DNA of 64,000 bases from a virus: IMG/VR virus record IMGVR_UViG_3300008267_000054, positions 52,440 through 116,439 of that record; one strand, given 5' to 3'. The notes under the pieces were generated by a model. The model was not told the origin of the DNA and made no database searches. It worked only from the letters and a program-made list of their open reading frames with translations. Made by a program: the position numbers and the translations under genes. The first letter of the stretch is position 1. The number at the start of each line of letters is the position of its first letter. Below are positions 29,560 to 39,521 of this stretch, one piece after another.

Positions 29560-32500
29560 ATGGCTACATTTCAAGTAGATAGTGCAAGTTTAAAAAATGT
29601 TACCGCTACGGGTAGTTTCACAGGATCCTTCATTGGTAGTGGAGCAGGTTTGACTGGAGTAACAGCTGGGCCGTCTTTTATTGATAACTACTTAACAGTA
29701 GGTTTACCTGGATCAGATACAGACTACAATTCTATTAGTGCATCTATAAACAGCATTACGGACGCATCCGCAAACAACACTTATACAGTGTATGTTGCTC
29801 CAGGTGTGTATATTGAAAATCCAATGGTTGTACCATCCTATGTTGCAATCCGTGGTGATAGTTCAATATCTACAATCGTATCAGCATCGAGTATAAACAA
29901 TACTATATTCACACTCAGTGATCAGTCCATGATTCTTGATATGCAAATTCAAGGATCAACCGGTACAAGTGCAAGTGCAGTTGTATACTCATCAGCAACA
30001 ACACCACAAACAAACGCAATATCTTATGTTGAGAATGTTAGATTTGGATCTAATTACACAAATGCAAAGGTTGTAGGAGTAGCTGGTGGAAACTGTATTA
30101 TGCAGTGTTCTAATGTGAAGTATGGTGGATTTACAGCAAATAATAAATCATTTGATGTTGGATTCCATGTAACTGGATCAGGTGGTGGTATTGGTAGAAT
30201 GCAATTGCGTAACGTAACATCAACTAATGGTGGTGTAACGGGATCATCAGATCAAATATTTGCATTGGCTGACGCTGCAGGATGTACATTTATTGTAAAT
30301 GGTTGCTTATTAACTAGAGCAGTTGGCACAGCAGCTGGTACGGGATTCAAAGTTTATAATGGAGGTCAATTAAGATTAACTGGAGTTAACTTTCAAAGAT
30401 GGGCCAAAGGTATTTGGGCACCACAAACTGGATCAGCACCATCAGTGGATGCAATAGCACTCAACTTTGAAAACTGTACGCTTGATGTAGCTATTGAACA
30501 TTCCGGATCAACTGGTAAGGTTCAAGGAACAGATACATTTTTAAAAACACAAATAAACCTTAGTTCATCTTTATATGAAGTTGGACAAGATCCAAGAAGA
30601 ATTACCGTTGGTACAAAAGGTGCCGACTTCACATCTATTAGCGCATCAGTAGCTTATATTACAGATTCTAGTGTTAATAACAGATATGTGATTGAAGTTG
30701 GACCAGGTCAATTCACCGAAAAGATGATTGACCTTACCGGCAAACCATATGTTAGTATTGTTGGTAGTAGTATACAAACCACACAAATATTCCCAAGCTC
30801 ATCTACTCAACATTTGATTAAGATGGGTATTAATAATGAAGTATCCTTCTTATCATTAACAAATGCACCTGCAGGATACTCAGCTTTATATATAGATGAT
30901 GTTGGTGATTATGCTCAAGCACATAAGTTATCCTTCTATGATTGTGATACTTGTGTAACAGTTATTTCAAGAACACAAGACACTAAGTTTTATGGTGAGT
31001 ATCTTGATTTTAATGGTGTATATAGAACTGGTAGCTTTATCAGCTCCTCCAATGGATTTGTAGCACTAGCAAGTTTAGAAAACTACTACCAATTTCCAGC
31101 TGGTGCAACAGGCCTAATAGCAAACTATGGAACTGGTGCTACTACCGAGTTAGACCTTTATAGTGGGGCAATGATTGGTGAAAACGATGCAACTTCAGTA
31201 GCCATTAGATTAGAAAACGGAGCAGATTTACAAGCAGCAGGGTTTGATTTTCCAAGATGGGGTACGGCAGTTTATATACCAAATTTAATTAACTCAGCTA
31301 GCTTCAATATAGTTGGATCAATGATTCACGATTCTGTGAATTATGATTTTGAAATACTACATCCAAGCTCATCTTGTCGATTCCAAGGTACAGCAGATCA
31401 TACTAAGATTTATGCTCCTAATGGTGCATCTAACTTCTTTTGGACATTTTTGGATGAAACAGATGGTGAACTTGATATTACAAGAAATTTAGCTGTAACT
31501 TTTGCAGATGGAACTCACACAGATGCCTCAACTCTAATCTTTCGTGGTAGTCCAATGGGTGTAATGGAAGGTGGTGTGATAACAACATCATCAGCAAATC
31601 CATCAGCACTTGAGGTTGATATAACTGAAGGATTTGGTTATTTAGAAACGCCAACTACGGGAATTTATAAAAGAGTTGATTTTGGCGGAAATTCAGGATA
31701 CACAAACATAACAGATGATGCAAATAATTACTTGTATGTTGATAAGGATGGTCAAGTGCAATCTGACACCGTAGAACCAAGTAACATAACGAGTATTATA
31801 TTAGGTAGAGTGTATGCTGCTAATGGCAGTATACAGTTTGTTGATCAGAGTCCACGCAACGCATCACATACCACAAATTTACTATCTACATTCAATAGAA
31901 CAGCACTTGGACCAGTGTATGCTCAGGGTAGTATTGTTACAGCAAATGGAACATATAAGTTAGATGTATCAAGTGGTAATTATTACTTTGGAGAAAATTC
32001 ATTTAGTCCAGCAGGCGGAATTCAAGTTACATTTGACAGATATTATAGAAATACAGGAGCATCTGATAACTGGAATAGACAATCAGGTACTGATGTACCA
32101 ATTGATGTATGGGATTCAGGTTCAAATGCATTAGTTGCATTATCAGCTTCCTACTATACAAAACACACTCTATACGCAGTTGGTGATGGAGCCGAAGAGA
32201 AATATTTTTTAGTAACTGGTCAGCAACAGTTTTCATCTCTAGTATCTGCAGAAGCGGCAGATCTACCCACCTCACCTAACTTCTTTACAGATGGTGTTGT
32301 TCAGTTAGCAGCAGTCTATGTACAATCCGGCTCAGGAATTACTCAGATTGAAGATATAAGACCAGTTATTGGTTTTAGAGCAGGTGGAGTAAATGCAGCG
32401 TCAGATCACGGTAATCTACTAGGATTAGCAGATGATGATCATACACAATATTTGTTAGTGAGTGGTACTAGAGCAATGTCTGGACCACTAACAGCATCAC

Positions 32501-33615
32501 TAGTTAGCGCATCTTCAGGATTTGTAGGCAATTTAACTGGTACTGCATCTTTTGTATCAGGCAACATTTTCACATCAACAAATCCTGCACTATCAGCATC
32601 ATATGCTTTGACAGCATCGTATGCGTTAGCATCACCAGGAGGAGGTGGAAATATAGCCGTATCAGCAGGCACAACGTCAACTAATCTATCCTCTGTAGTA
32701 TTTGCAAATGCAAATAACGTAAGCTTTGGATTAAATGGAAGTACTATCACAGCAAATGCTCCTATAGTATTATCTGCCGGTACTCTATCCTCTAATGTAT
32801 CATCGCTAGTGTTTTCGAATGCTAATGGAGTGTCTTTTGGATTAAATGGTAATACGCTAACTGCAACAGCAAATGGTAGTGGTATTAAAGCAGAAGCAGG
32901 TGCATCAACAAACACAGTATCACATCTTGTATTCTCTAATGCAAATAACGTAAGCTTTGGATTAAATGGAAGTACAATTACTGCTACTGCCGGAGGAGGA
33001 GGTGGTGGAGTAACATTGAATTATTTTAATCCACGTGATGGTTATCTTCAAGTAACAAATCAGTTAGGGCAAGCCTCCCTTCATTTCCAACCAGCCCAAT
33101 TACCAAATGTACAGTTTGATAGGGTAGCTATACCAATAAACTATACAAATACAAACAACTCATCCAACTCCATAACAATTTCCATGTACTGGGGTATATA
33201 CTCTAGAAATGCATCTTCATTATCACTAATACAGAGTGTATCCACAAGTTTCAATGTATCTAACAGTGGCACTATTGGTAGTTATTCATTGTATGGTGGT
33301 GTTAGGTTGTTAACCCTAGGTTTAACTAACACATACTTAGAAGACCAGTATTATGTTGGTATAATGAGTAGATCAACAACATCCGGTGGATTGGGTATGA
33401 CGGCAGCTAACATGGCAGTATCACAATTAAACTCAAACTTCTCAGGTATAGTGGGTATAGGATCAACGCTATCGGCACAATATACAAGAGGTTTAGGATA
33501 TTACTCAGCAGCTACAACTGCATTACCTAGTGTTGTTCCATTTACGGATATAAGAGGTACTAACTCCCAGGCATTGAGACCACCTTTATTTTATTTAGTA
33601 AATGGTACTTTTTAA
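29560..33615 (+). CDS. tail spike with tandem pectin-lyase-like beta-helix domains
   Basis: Two beta-helix N-caps (DYNSISASI...VYVAPGVYIE; DFTSISASV...IEVGPGQFTE), DHGNLLGLADDDHTQY motif and three C-terminal repeats. Confidence 0.7.
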   Translation: MATFQVDSASLKNVTATGSFTGSFIGSGAGLTGVTAGPSFIDNYLTVGLPGSDTDYNSISASINSITDASANNTYTVYVAPGVYIENPMVVPSYVAIRGDSSISTIVSASSINNTIFTLSDQSMILDMQIQGSTGTSASAVVYSSATTPQTNAISYVENVRFGSNYTNAKVVGVAGGNCIMQCSNVKYGGFTANNKSFDVGFHVTGSGGGIGRMQLRNVTSTNGGVTGSSDQIFALADAAGCTFIVNGCLLTRAVGTAAGTGFKVYNGGQLRLTGVNFQRWAKGIWAPQTGSAPSVDAIALNFENCTLDVAIEHSGSTGKVQGTDTFLKTQINLSSSLYEVGQDPRRITVGTKGADFTSISASVAYITDSSVNNRYVIEVGPGQFTEKMIDLTGKPYVSIVGSSIQTTQIFPSSSTQHLIKMGINNEVSFLSLTNAPAGYSALYIDDVGDYAQAHKLSFYDCDTCVTVISRTQDTKFYGEYLDFNGVYRTGSFISSSNGFVALASLENYYQFPAGATGLIANYGTGATTELDLYSGAMIGENDATSVAIRLENGADLQAAGFDFPRWGTAVYIPNLINSASFNIVGSMIHDSVNYDFEILHPSSSCRFQGTADHTKIYAPNGASNFFWTFLDETDGELDITRNLAVTFADGTHTDASTLIFRGSPMGVMEGGVITTSSANPSALEVDITEGFGYLETPTTGIYKRVDFGGNSGYTNITDDANNYLYVDKDGQVQSDTVEPSNITSIILGRVYAANGSIQFVDQSPRNASHTTNLLSTFNRTALGPVYAQGSIVTANGTYKLDVSSGNYYFGENSFSPAGGIQVTFDRYYRNTGASDNWNRQSGTDVPIDVWDSGSNALVALSASYYTKHTLYAVGDGAEEKYFLVTGQQQFSSLVSAEAADLPTSPNFFTDGVVQLAAVYVQSGSGITQIEDIRPVIGFRAGGVNAASDHGNLLGLADDDHTQYLLVSGTRAMSGPLTASLVSASSGFVGNLTGTASFVSGNIFTSTNPALSASYALTASYALASPGGGGNIAVSAGTTSTNLSSVVFANANNVSFGLNGSTITANAPIVLSAGTLSSNVSSLVFSNANGVSFGLNGNTLTATANGSGIKAEAGASTNTVSHLVFSNANNVSFGLNGSTITATAGGGGGGVTLNYFNPRDGYLQVTNQLGQASLHFQPAQLPNVQFDRVAIPINYTNTNNSSNSITISMYWGIYSRNASSLSLIQSVSTSFNVSNSGTIGSYSLYGGVRLLTLGLTNTYLEDQYYVGIMSRSTTSGGLGMTAANMAVSQLNSNFSGIVGIGSTLSAQYTRGLGYYSAATTALPSVVPFTDIRGTNSQALRPPLFYLVNGTF
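32707..32975 (+). repeat. intragenic direct repeat: identical 38-nt segments at 32707-32744 and 32938-32975 within three ~38-aa units
   Basis: AATGCAAATAACGTAAGCTTTGGATTAAATGGAAGTAC occurs twice, encoding NANNVSFGLNGST. Confidence 0.85.
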
Positions 33616-33617
33616 TT

Positions 33618-33645
33618 TTGTTTTTTAAAAAGAATTTATTATATT
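33618..33645 (+). promoter_or_regulatory. Bacteroidota-type -33/-7 promoter (TTG-N19-TATATT)
   Basis: TTG 33618-20 and TATATT 33640-45, upstream of the glycosyltransferase. Confidence 0.5.
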
Positions 33646-33675
33646 ATCATAAGTTATAAAAATAGTTACAAATTT

Positions 33676-34398
33676 ATGTCTCAAATAAAACCACAGATTA
33701 TTATACCTTCATATGAAGGAAGGCACAATACTACTGAGTATAAAGAAAATTTAGAAAAAAATGCATATAAAGATTTATCTACTATATGCATCGTCCCATC
33801 AAGAGGAGTAGTACCAGCTAAAATTGTACAATCCTGGATGAGTATTATGTCTCCTATGAATCAAAAATTCACAAGAATCTTTGCTTTAGGAATGGAAGTA
33901 GGAGCGGCTTATTCATCAACTATTGAGCAGATATTACAAAGCCCCGAACTAAGTACATGGAAGTATATACTAACATTAGAAGAAGATAATGCACCTCCTC
34001 CAGATGGTCTACTAAAACTATATGAACATATGGATAAGTACGATGTCATTGGAGGATTGTATTGGACTAAAGGTATAGAAGGAAAACCAATGTGTTATGG
34101 TCAACCAAACATATTTCCTGTTAATTTTGCTCCATTTATGCCTGATGCAGATACTATTACTCCATGTAATGGGCTTGGAATGGGTTTCACATTGTTTAAG
34201 TTGGATATATTTAAAAATCCATCTTTGCCAAAACCGTTTTTTCAAACCGTACAGAGAGTAGTTCCCGGTCAAGGAATTGAAGCATATACACAAGATTTGA
34301 AATTTTTTGAAAATGCTAGTAAGTTGGGTTATAAATTTGCATGCGATTCAAGAATAAAAGTTGGACATTATGATTATCAAAACGATGAAATGTGGTAA
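33676..34398 (+). CDS. GT-A fold (family 2-like) glycosyltransferase
   Basis: ICIVPSRG, YILTLEED (DxD-equivalent), DVIGGLY, GLGMGFTL, QDLKF and D.RIKVGH motifs. Confidence 0.75.
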   Translation: MSQIKPQIIIPSYEGRHNTTEYKENLEKNAYKDLSTICIVPSRGVVPAKIVQSWMSIMSPMNQKFTRIFALGMEVGAAYSSTIEQILQSPELSTWKYILTLEEDNAPPPDGLLKLYEHMDKYDVIGGLYWTKGIEGKPMCYGQPNIFPVNFAPFMPDADTITPCNGLGMGFTLFKLDIFKNPSLPKPFFQTVQRVVPGQGIEAYTQDLKFFENASKLGYKFACDSRIKVGHYDYQNDEMW

Positions 34399-34415
34399 TA
34401 AAATAAAGTTATAAT

Positions 34416-35018
34416 ATGATAAACAAACAAATGCAAGAAGTAGTAGACATAACAGAAGAAGTTATTGCTGTTGATTTAGGATGTGGACAAGTTAAAGCAA
34501 CGGTCGACTTTTTTAAAGATAATTTACAAATAACGCCAACAAAGGTTGTGGGCGTAGATATTGTTAAATGTGATGATGGAGTTGACATTGTACATAATTT
34601 AACTGTATTCCCATATCCATTTGAAGACAATTCCGTAGATGCAATTCACGCATCCCACTTTGTTGAACATCTAGATGGATTTGAACGAATGAAGTTCATG
34701 GACGAATGTCATCGTATCCTAAAACCAGGTGGGAAGATGCGATTAGTACATCCATATTATAAATCCGTTAGAGCAGTTCAAGATCCAACTCACAAATGGC
34801 CTCCCATTGCAGAAAATAGTTATTTTTATTGGGACAAGAGTTGGAGGGAAATGAACAAGCTAGACCACTATCCCATTAATTGTGATTTTGAATTCAACAT
34901 TTATTATGTTTGGCAAGATGGAACAGTTGTGAATAGAAGTGAAGAGACTAGAACATTTTGGGTAGACAAATATTGGAATGTTGTTGCTGATATGGTAGTA
35001 GATTTGATTAAAAGATAA
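34416..35018 (+). CDS. class I SAM-dependent methyltransferase
   Basis: VDLGCG, PFEDNSVDAI..SHFVEHL and ECHRILKPGG motifs. Confidence 0.88.
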   Translation: MINKQMQEVVDITEEVIAVDLGCGQVKATVDFFKDNLQITPTKVVGVDIVKCDDGVDIVHNLTVFPYPFEDNSVDAIHASHFVEHLDGFERMKFMDECHRILKPGGKMRLVHPYYKSVRAVQDPTHKWPPIAENSYFYWDKSWREMNKLDHYPINCDFEFNIYYVWQDGTVVNRSEETRTFWVDKYWNVVADMVVDLIKR

Positions 35019-35062
35019 TATATTTTTGCATAATGTTTACATATTTATAAACAAAATTAGTT

Positions 35063-35341
35063 ATGTCACAAGAAGTAAAGTTTACACAAGAGGAATTAGA
35101 GCACATCAAATCACTACAAGCAAAATACAATGAGATTGGTATCCAACTTGTTCAATTAAAACTGGCAAAGAAAAATGCCATTGAGTATTTAGACAAGCTC
35201 GAAGAACAAGAGGAACAGCTTACTGCAGAAGTAGTTGAAGCCAACCAATCGGAAAAATTACTAGCGCAAGAACTAAGTAGTAAGTACGGTGCCGGTTCCC
35301 TTGATATGGAAACTGGACTTTTTGTGTCTAATACAGAGTAA
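35063..35341 (+). CDS. small coiled-coil protein (KYG.GSLD..TG C-terminus)
   Basis: 92-aa ORF with TATTTATA at 35042-49. Confidence 0.7.
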   Translation: MSQEVKFTQEELEHIKSLQAKYNEIGIQLVQLKLAKKNAIEYLDKLEEQEEQLTAEVVEANQSEKLLAQELSSKYGAGSLDMETGLFVSNTE

Positions 35342-35402
35342 AACAAAAAGGTTTGAGGTTACGATAGAATATTTATTAATAAACTTATAAAAACTACGTA
35401 AC

Positions 35403-37790
35403 ATGGCCGAAAAAATTGTCAGTCCTGGCGTCTTTACAAACGAGAAAGATCTCTCGTTTTTACCGTCAGGGGTTGCTCAAATAGGAGCAGCAATCGTGGG
35501 TCCAACTCCAAAAGGACCTGCCTTTGTACCAACTATCATCAGAAACTTTGAAGAATTCAAAGCGTATTTTGGAGACATTAATGAAAACTACTATGTACCA
35601 TATGCAGTTAGAACTTACTTAAAAAGTGCTGCATCTGTTACTATTGTACGTGTTGTATCAGAGGGTGGATATACTACTTCCGGTATTACCTTGTTTTCTG
35701 CATCAGTTGTTTATGGTTTGTTATTACCAACTATTCAAGTTGGAGCAAGCACAGGCAGTGATTTCAGCAAAACAACTTTAGGTACTGGTACTGGTGTAAT
35801 ATCAGCATCTTTTACAATCTCAGGTAGTAATGTAACTGCCGAAGCTAATGAAGTAGCTTGGGCTAAAACATCATCAAACACTGTTGAAAAGGTATTTGGA
35901 TTATCACCATCTGGTCCTAAGAAAGCTTACGCTTACTTGTGGTTCCAGAATGCTGCATCAGCATCTAACCTTATAACAATGTCATTTGCATCAGGTGCAT
36001 ATGCTGTAGGTGGTGGATCTACTATTGACTTATCAGGAGACACATTTGGCGCTTACAGTCCAGCATCAACTCCATGGGTAACATCACAGAGAATTGGTGC
36101 ATCAGGAGCAACTACAAGATTGTTCAAAGTTTACACTTTGGGTGATGGTATTGCAATGAACACCTCAGTTAAAGTATCGCTTGTTAACAACTCACTTGCT
36201 GGTACATTACCTGGTACAGATTATGGTACTTTCACTATGCTTGTTCGTGACTACACTGATACTGATCAACGTCCGATTGTATTGGAAACTTATTCTAATT
36301 TGAATTTAGATCCAGATTCTCCAAACTATATAGCAAGAAGAATTGGTGACAGATCTTATACTGTAGCCGCAAGTGGTGAAGTAACAGCTACTGGAGATTA
36401 TGCTAACGTAAGTAAGTACATCCGTGTATCTGTAACAGATGCAGTTAGAACAAAAGCACTTAGCCCATCATTGAATCCATTTGGTCACGAAGCTTATCTT
36501 GAACCATGGAGCACAGGAAGTAAGTTTCTACCAGCTGCTGTATTAACTACAAGCAATCCAACTATTAACGGTGTATACAATGCAAAAGCATACTACGCTG
36601 TTAGCTATGTTGAAACGGATAACACAAACTACTGGAAGCCATTAGCTTCAGGTTCAGTATCAGGTGCCAACGCTGCATTCAACTTAGATGCTTGCTTAAT
36701 TTCTACTGACTACGGTACACCGCTTGATGGTAATAGTTCAACTACATTAGCTGGTATTGCAGTATCTGCAAGTACACTAAGAGGTCAAGATGTTCCAAAC
36801 ATTGCTAAGTTTACCATGGGTCTACAAGGTGGATTTGATGGAATGGATCCAGCAGTACCACTTAACATTGGAGCAAACATTACCGGCACTAACACTGTAG
36901 GTTTGAATTGTAACGGTGCAACAACTGGCGGTACAAATGGCTACAAGAAAGCTCTAAATGTATTGTCAAATGCTGAAACGTACGACATCAACATGATTGC
37001 AATCCCAGGTGTTACTGTGTTTGATCACACTTTCGTAACAACTAAAGCAATTGAAGTTGCTGAAGATAGAGGTGACTGCTTCGTACTACTTGATCCAGTT
37101 AAGCAAGGTGAAACTGTAGCTGATGCAGTATCTGCAATCGCAAACAGTGGAATCAACACTAGCTACGCAGCTACTTACTGGCCTTGGGTTAAGATTGTAG
37201 ATGCTAATCGTTTGAAGCCAATTTGGGTACCACCTTCTGTAGTACTTCCTCGTGTAATTGCTCAGTCTGACACAGCAGCATTCGAATGGTTTGCTCCTGC
37301 AGGTCTGAACCGTGGTGGTATACAAGATGCAGTTGATGTTGAAGCTAAACTTAGCTTTGCACAACGCGATACCTTATATGAAGCTCGCATCAACCCACTT
37401 GCAACATTCCCAGCTCAGGGAGTATGTGTATGGGGTCAGAAAACTCTACAAACAAAAGCTTCTGCACTTGATCGTATCAACGTTCGTCGTCTGATGATTA
37501 CTCTGAAGAAGTTTATCGCAAGCTCAAGCCGCTACTTAGTATTCGAGAACAATACAAACGAAACTCGTCAGAGATTCATTAACATTGTTACTCCTTACCT
37601 AGAGAACGTAAAAGCTCGTCAGGGTCTGTATGCCTTCCGTGTAGTAATGGATGAAACTAACAACACTCCAGATGTAATTGATCGTAACGAACTTTATGGT
37701 CAGATCTTCTTACAACCTGCGAAGACAGCTGAATTCATTATCTTGGACTTCAATATTCTGCCAACTGGTGCAACTTTTGATAACGCTTAA
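35403..37790 (+). CDS. gp18: tail sheath protein (T4 gp18-like)
   Basis: SPGVFTNEKDLS, YWPWV, WFAPAGLNRG, WGQKTLQ, DRINVRRL, NNTPDVID and PAKTAEFI motifs. Confidence 0.97.
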   Translation: MAEKIVSPGVFTNEKDLSFLPSGVAQIGAAIVGPTPKGPAFVPTIIRNFEEFKAYFGDINENYYVPYAVRTYLKSAASVTIVRVVSEGGYTTSGITLFSASVVYGLLLPTIQVGASTGSDFSKTTLGTGTGVISASFTISGSNVTAEANEVAWAKTSSNTVEKVFGLSPSGPKKAYAYLWFQNAASASNLITMSFASGAYAVGGGSTIDLSGDTFGAYSPASTPWVTSQRIGASGATTRLFKVYTLGDGIAMNTSVKVSLVNNSLAGTLPGTDYGTFTMLVRDYTDTDQRPIVLETYSNLNLDPDSPNYIARRIGDRSYTVAASGEVTATGDYANVSKYIRVSVTDAVRTKALSPSLNPFGHEAYLEPWSTGSKFLPAAVLTTSNPTINGVYNAKAYYAVSYVETDNTNYWKPLASGSVSGANAAFNLDACLISTDYGTPLDGNSSTTLAGIAVSASTLRGQDVPNIAKFTMGLQGGFDGMDPAVPLNIGANITGTNTVGLNCNGATTGGTNGYKKALNVLSNAETYDINMIAIPGVTVFDHTFVTTKAIEVAEDRGDCFVLLDPVKQGETVADAVSAIANSGINTSYAATYWPWVKIVDANRLKPIWVPPSVVLPRVIAQSDTAAFEWFAPAGLNRGGIQDAVDVEAKLSFAQRDTLYEARINPLATFPAQGVCVWGQKTLQTKASALDRINVRRLMITLKKFIASSSRYLVFENNTNETRQRFINIVTPYLENVKARQGLYAFRVVMDETNNTPDVIDRNELYGQIFLQPAKTAEFIILDFNILPTGATFDNA

Positions 37791-37814
37791 TACTTATAAT
37801 AAAATAATCATAAC

Positions 37815-38312
37815 ATGGCACAATTAATTCCAGATAACGGCCCTCAAGGTATTTATTATACCAATTACGAGCCAAAAACACAGAATAGATTTATATTGTC
37901 GGTTAGTGGGATACCTTCTTTCATCATGAAGAAGGTAACCCGCCCGAATATTGACTGCGGTGAGGTTATCATTGACCACATCAACCTAGTAAGAAAACTG
38001 AAAGGTAAATGTAAATGGCAAGATATCTCCATGACCCTCTATGATCCGATTGTACCTTCTGGTGCTCAAACGGTAATGGAGTGGGTAAGAACTGCTCACG
38101 AATCAGCAACAGGACGTGATGGATATGCAGACTTCTATAAGAAGGACTTCCAAATCCAAACACTTGGTCCGGTAGGTGATATCGTTGAACAGTGGACTGT
38201 AAAAGGTGCTTACATCAAGACTGCAAACTTTGGTCAATTAGACTGGTCTACTGAGACTCAAGTTGAAATTGAACTTACAATCGGTTTAGATAACTGCTTC
38301 CTAGAGTTCTAA
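37815..38312 (+). CDS. gp19: tail tube protein (T4 gp19-like)
   Basis: EPKTQNRF, WQDISMTLYD and EQWTVKGAY...FGQLDW motifs; follows the sheath gene. Confidence 0.9.
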   Translation: MAQLIPDNGPQGIYYTNYEPKTQNRFILSVSGIPSFIMKKVTRPNIDCGEVIIDHINLVRKLKGKCKWQDISMTLYDPIVPSGAQTVMEWVRTAHESATGRDGYADFYKKDFQIQTLGPVGDIVEQWTVKGAYIKTANFGQLDWSTETQVEIELTIGLDNCFLEF

Positions 38313-38333
38313 TTTTCTGAACTATTTTAATTT

Positions 38334-38363
38334 AAGAGCTGATCTTTGGGTCAGCTCTTTTTT
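38334..38363 (+). terminator. intrinsic terminator
   Basis: AAGAGCTGATC-TTTG-GGTCAGCTCTT followed by a T-run. Confidence 0.88.
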
Positions 38364-38410
38364 ATTTTCCGTATATTTATATGAAAGGTTATTAACATAA
38401 GTTATAAAAC

Positions 38411-39280
38411 ATGGCTAACGTAGTTGACGAGAATTACCCTAAGAAGGGTCCGATTTCAAACGAGGAAATCAAACAAATGTTTGCAGCAGAAGCAGCTGCC
38501 GTTGCTGGACAAGCAACACCAATCAAACACGACTTTGCAACAGAGATGATCGACTTACCATCTCAAGGTTATTTCTACCCAGAAGGACATCCACTACAAA
38601 GTGGCAAACTGGAGATGAAGTATATGACTGCAAAGGAAGAAGATATCTTATCATCAGCAACACTTATTAAACAAGGTGTTGTTATTGATAGATTGATTCA
38701 AGCATTGATTGTAGACAAGATTAATTATAATGATCTACTTGTAGCAGATAAGAACGGACTACTCATTGCAGCAAGAATTTTGGCATACGGTCCACAGTAC
38801 GATGTAGAAGTTACTTGTCCTAATTGTGGAGCTAAGAACAATCTCAACATTGATCTATATCAATTTGAGTCTAAGGATTTAGACTTCAGTAAGTTCCAAA
38901 AAGGTCAAACTGAGTTTGAATACAAGTTTCCAAATGGTAAAACTATTACCTACAAATTCTTAACTCACGGTGACGAAAAGAATATTGAAGCAGAGCTTAA
39001 AGGATACAACAAACTTCGCAGCATTAGTGGAGTAGATACTCAGCTGTCTACAAGATTAAAGCACATTATTGCTTCAGTTGAAGGAGATAATACACAAGCT
39101 ACTATTAATAAGTTTGTTGATAACATGCTATCAAGAGATTCCTTACAGTTTAGAAAACACTTAAAAGAAGTGACACCTGACATCGATTTAACATTCCAGT
39201 TTGCTTGCAACAGCTGTGATCATGTTGATGACAAGATGCAGTTGCCACTTGGGGTATCCTTTTTTTGGCCTGGGGCCTAG
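38411..39280 (+). CDS. baseplate hub/tail assembly chaperone (T4 gp26-like) with Zn fingers
   Basis: IDLPSQG, MTAKEEDIL, CPNCG and CNSC motifs; ends FFWP. Confidence 0.75.
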   Translation: MANVVDENYPKKGPISNEEIKQMFAAEAAAVAGQATPIKHDFATEMIDLPSQGYFYPEGHPLQSGKLEMKYMTAKEEDILSSATLIKQGVVIDRLIQALIVDKINYNDLLVADKNGLLIAARILAYGPQYDVEVTCPNCGAKNNLNIDLYQFESKDLDFSKFQKGQTEFEYKFPNGKTITYKFLTHGDEKNIEAELKGYNKLRSISGVDTQLSTRLKHIIASVEGDNTQATINKFVDNMLSRDSLQFRKHLKEVTPDIDLTFQFACNSCDHVDDKMQLPLGVSFFWPGA

Positions 39281-39464
39281 TTACCGGCCCCTACTCTACG
39301 GACAACTCTTTGATCTAATGTATCATGGTAAGATGGGATTTACTCATACAGAACTCTACAATTTACCAATATATCTTCGCAATTTTTACTATAAGAAATT
39401 GGTAGAGATTCGAAAGCAGGAAAACGAAGAGCATCAGAAAGCAGCGAGTAAAAGTAAAAGATAA
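39261..39464 (+). CDS. overlapping chaperone extension (gp51-like/GT-like), probably reached by frameshift
   Basis: +1 frame ORF FFGL...LFDLMYHGKMGFTHTELYNLPIYLRNFY overlaps the end of the gp26-like gene at a T7 run. Confidence 0.6.
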   Translation, partial: FFGLGPSYRPLLYGQLFDLMYHGKMGFTHTELYNLPIYLRNFYYKKLVEIRKQENEEHQKAASKSKR

Positions 39465-39467
39465 AAG

Positions 39468-39491
39468 AGGCCAGCATAACGCTGGCCTTTT
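39468..39491 (+). terminator. intrinsic terminator
   Basis: AGGCCAGC-ATAAC-GCTGGCCT followed by TTT. Confidence 0.8.
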
Positions 39492-39521
39492 CCATTCACA
39501 AACTATTTATAAAGAAAAAGG

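Noticed and set aside
32707-32975. Duplicated 38-nt segment in a fibre gene as a possible DGR template/variable repeat
   Set aside because: The copies are identical and both coding, with no adenine-specific mismatches, and I see no reverse transcriptase in the window
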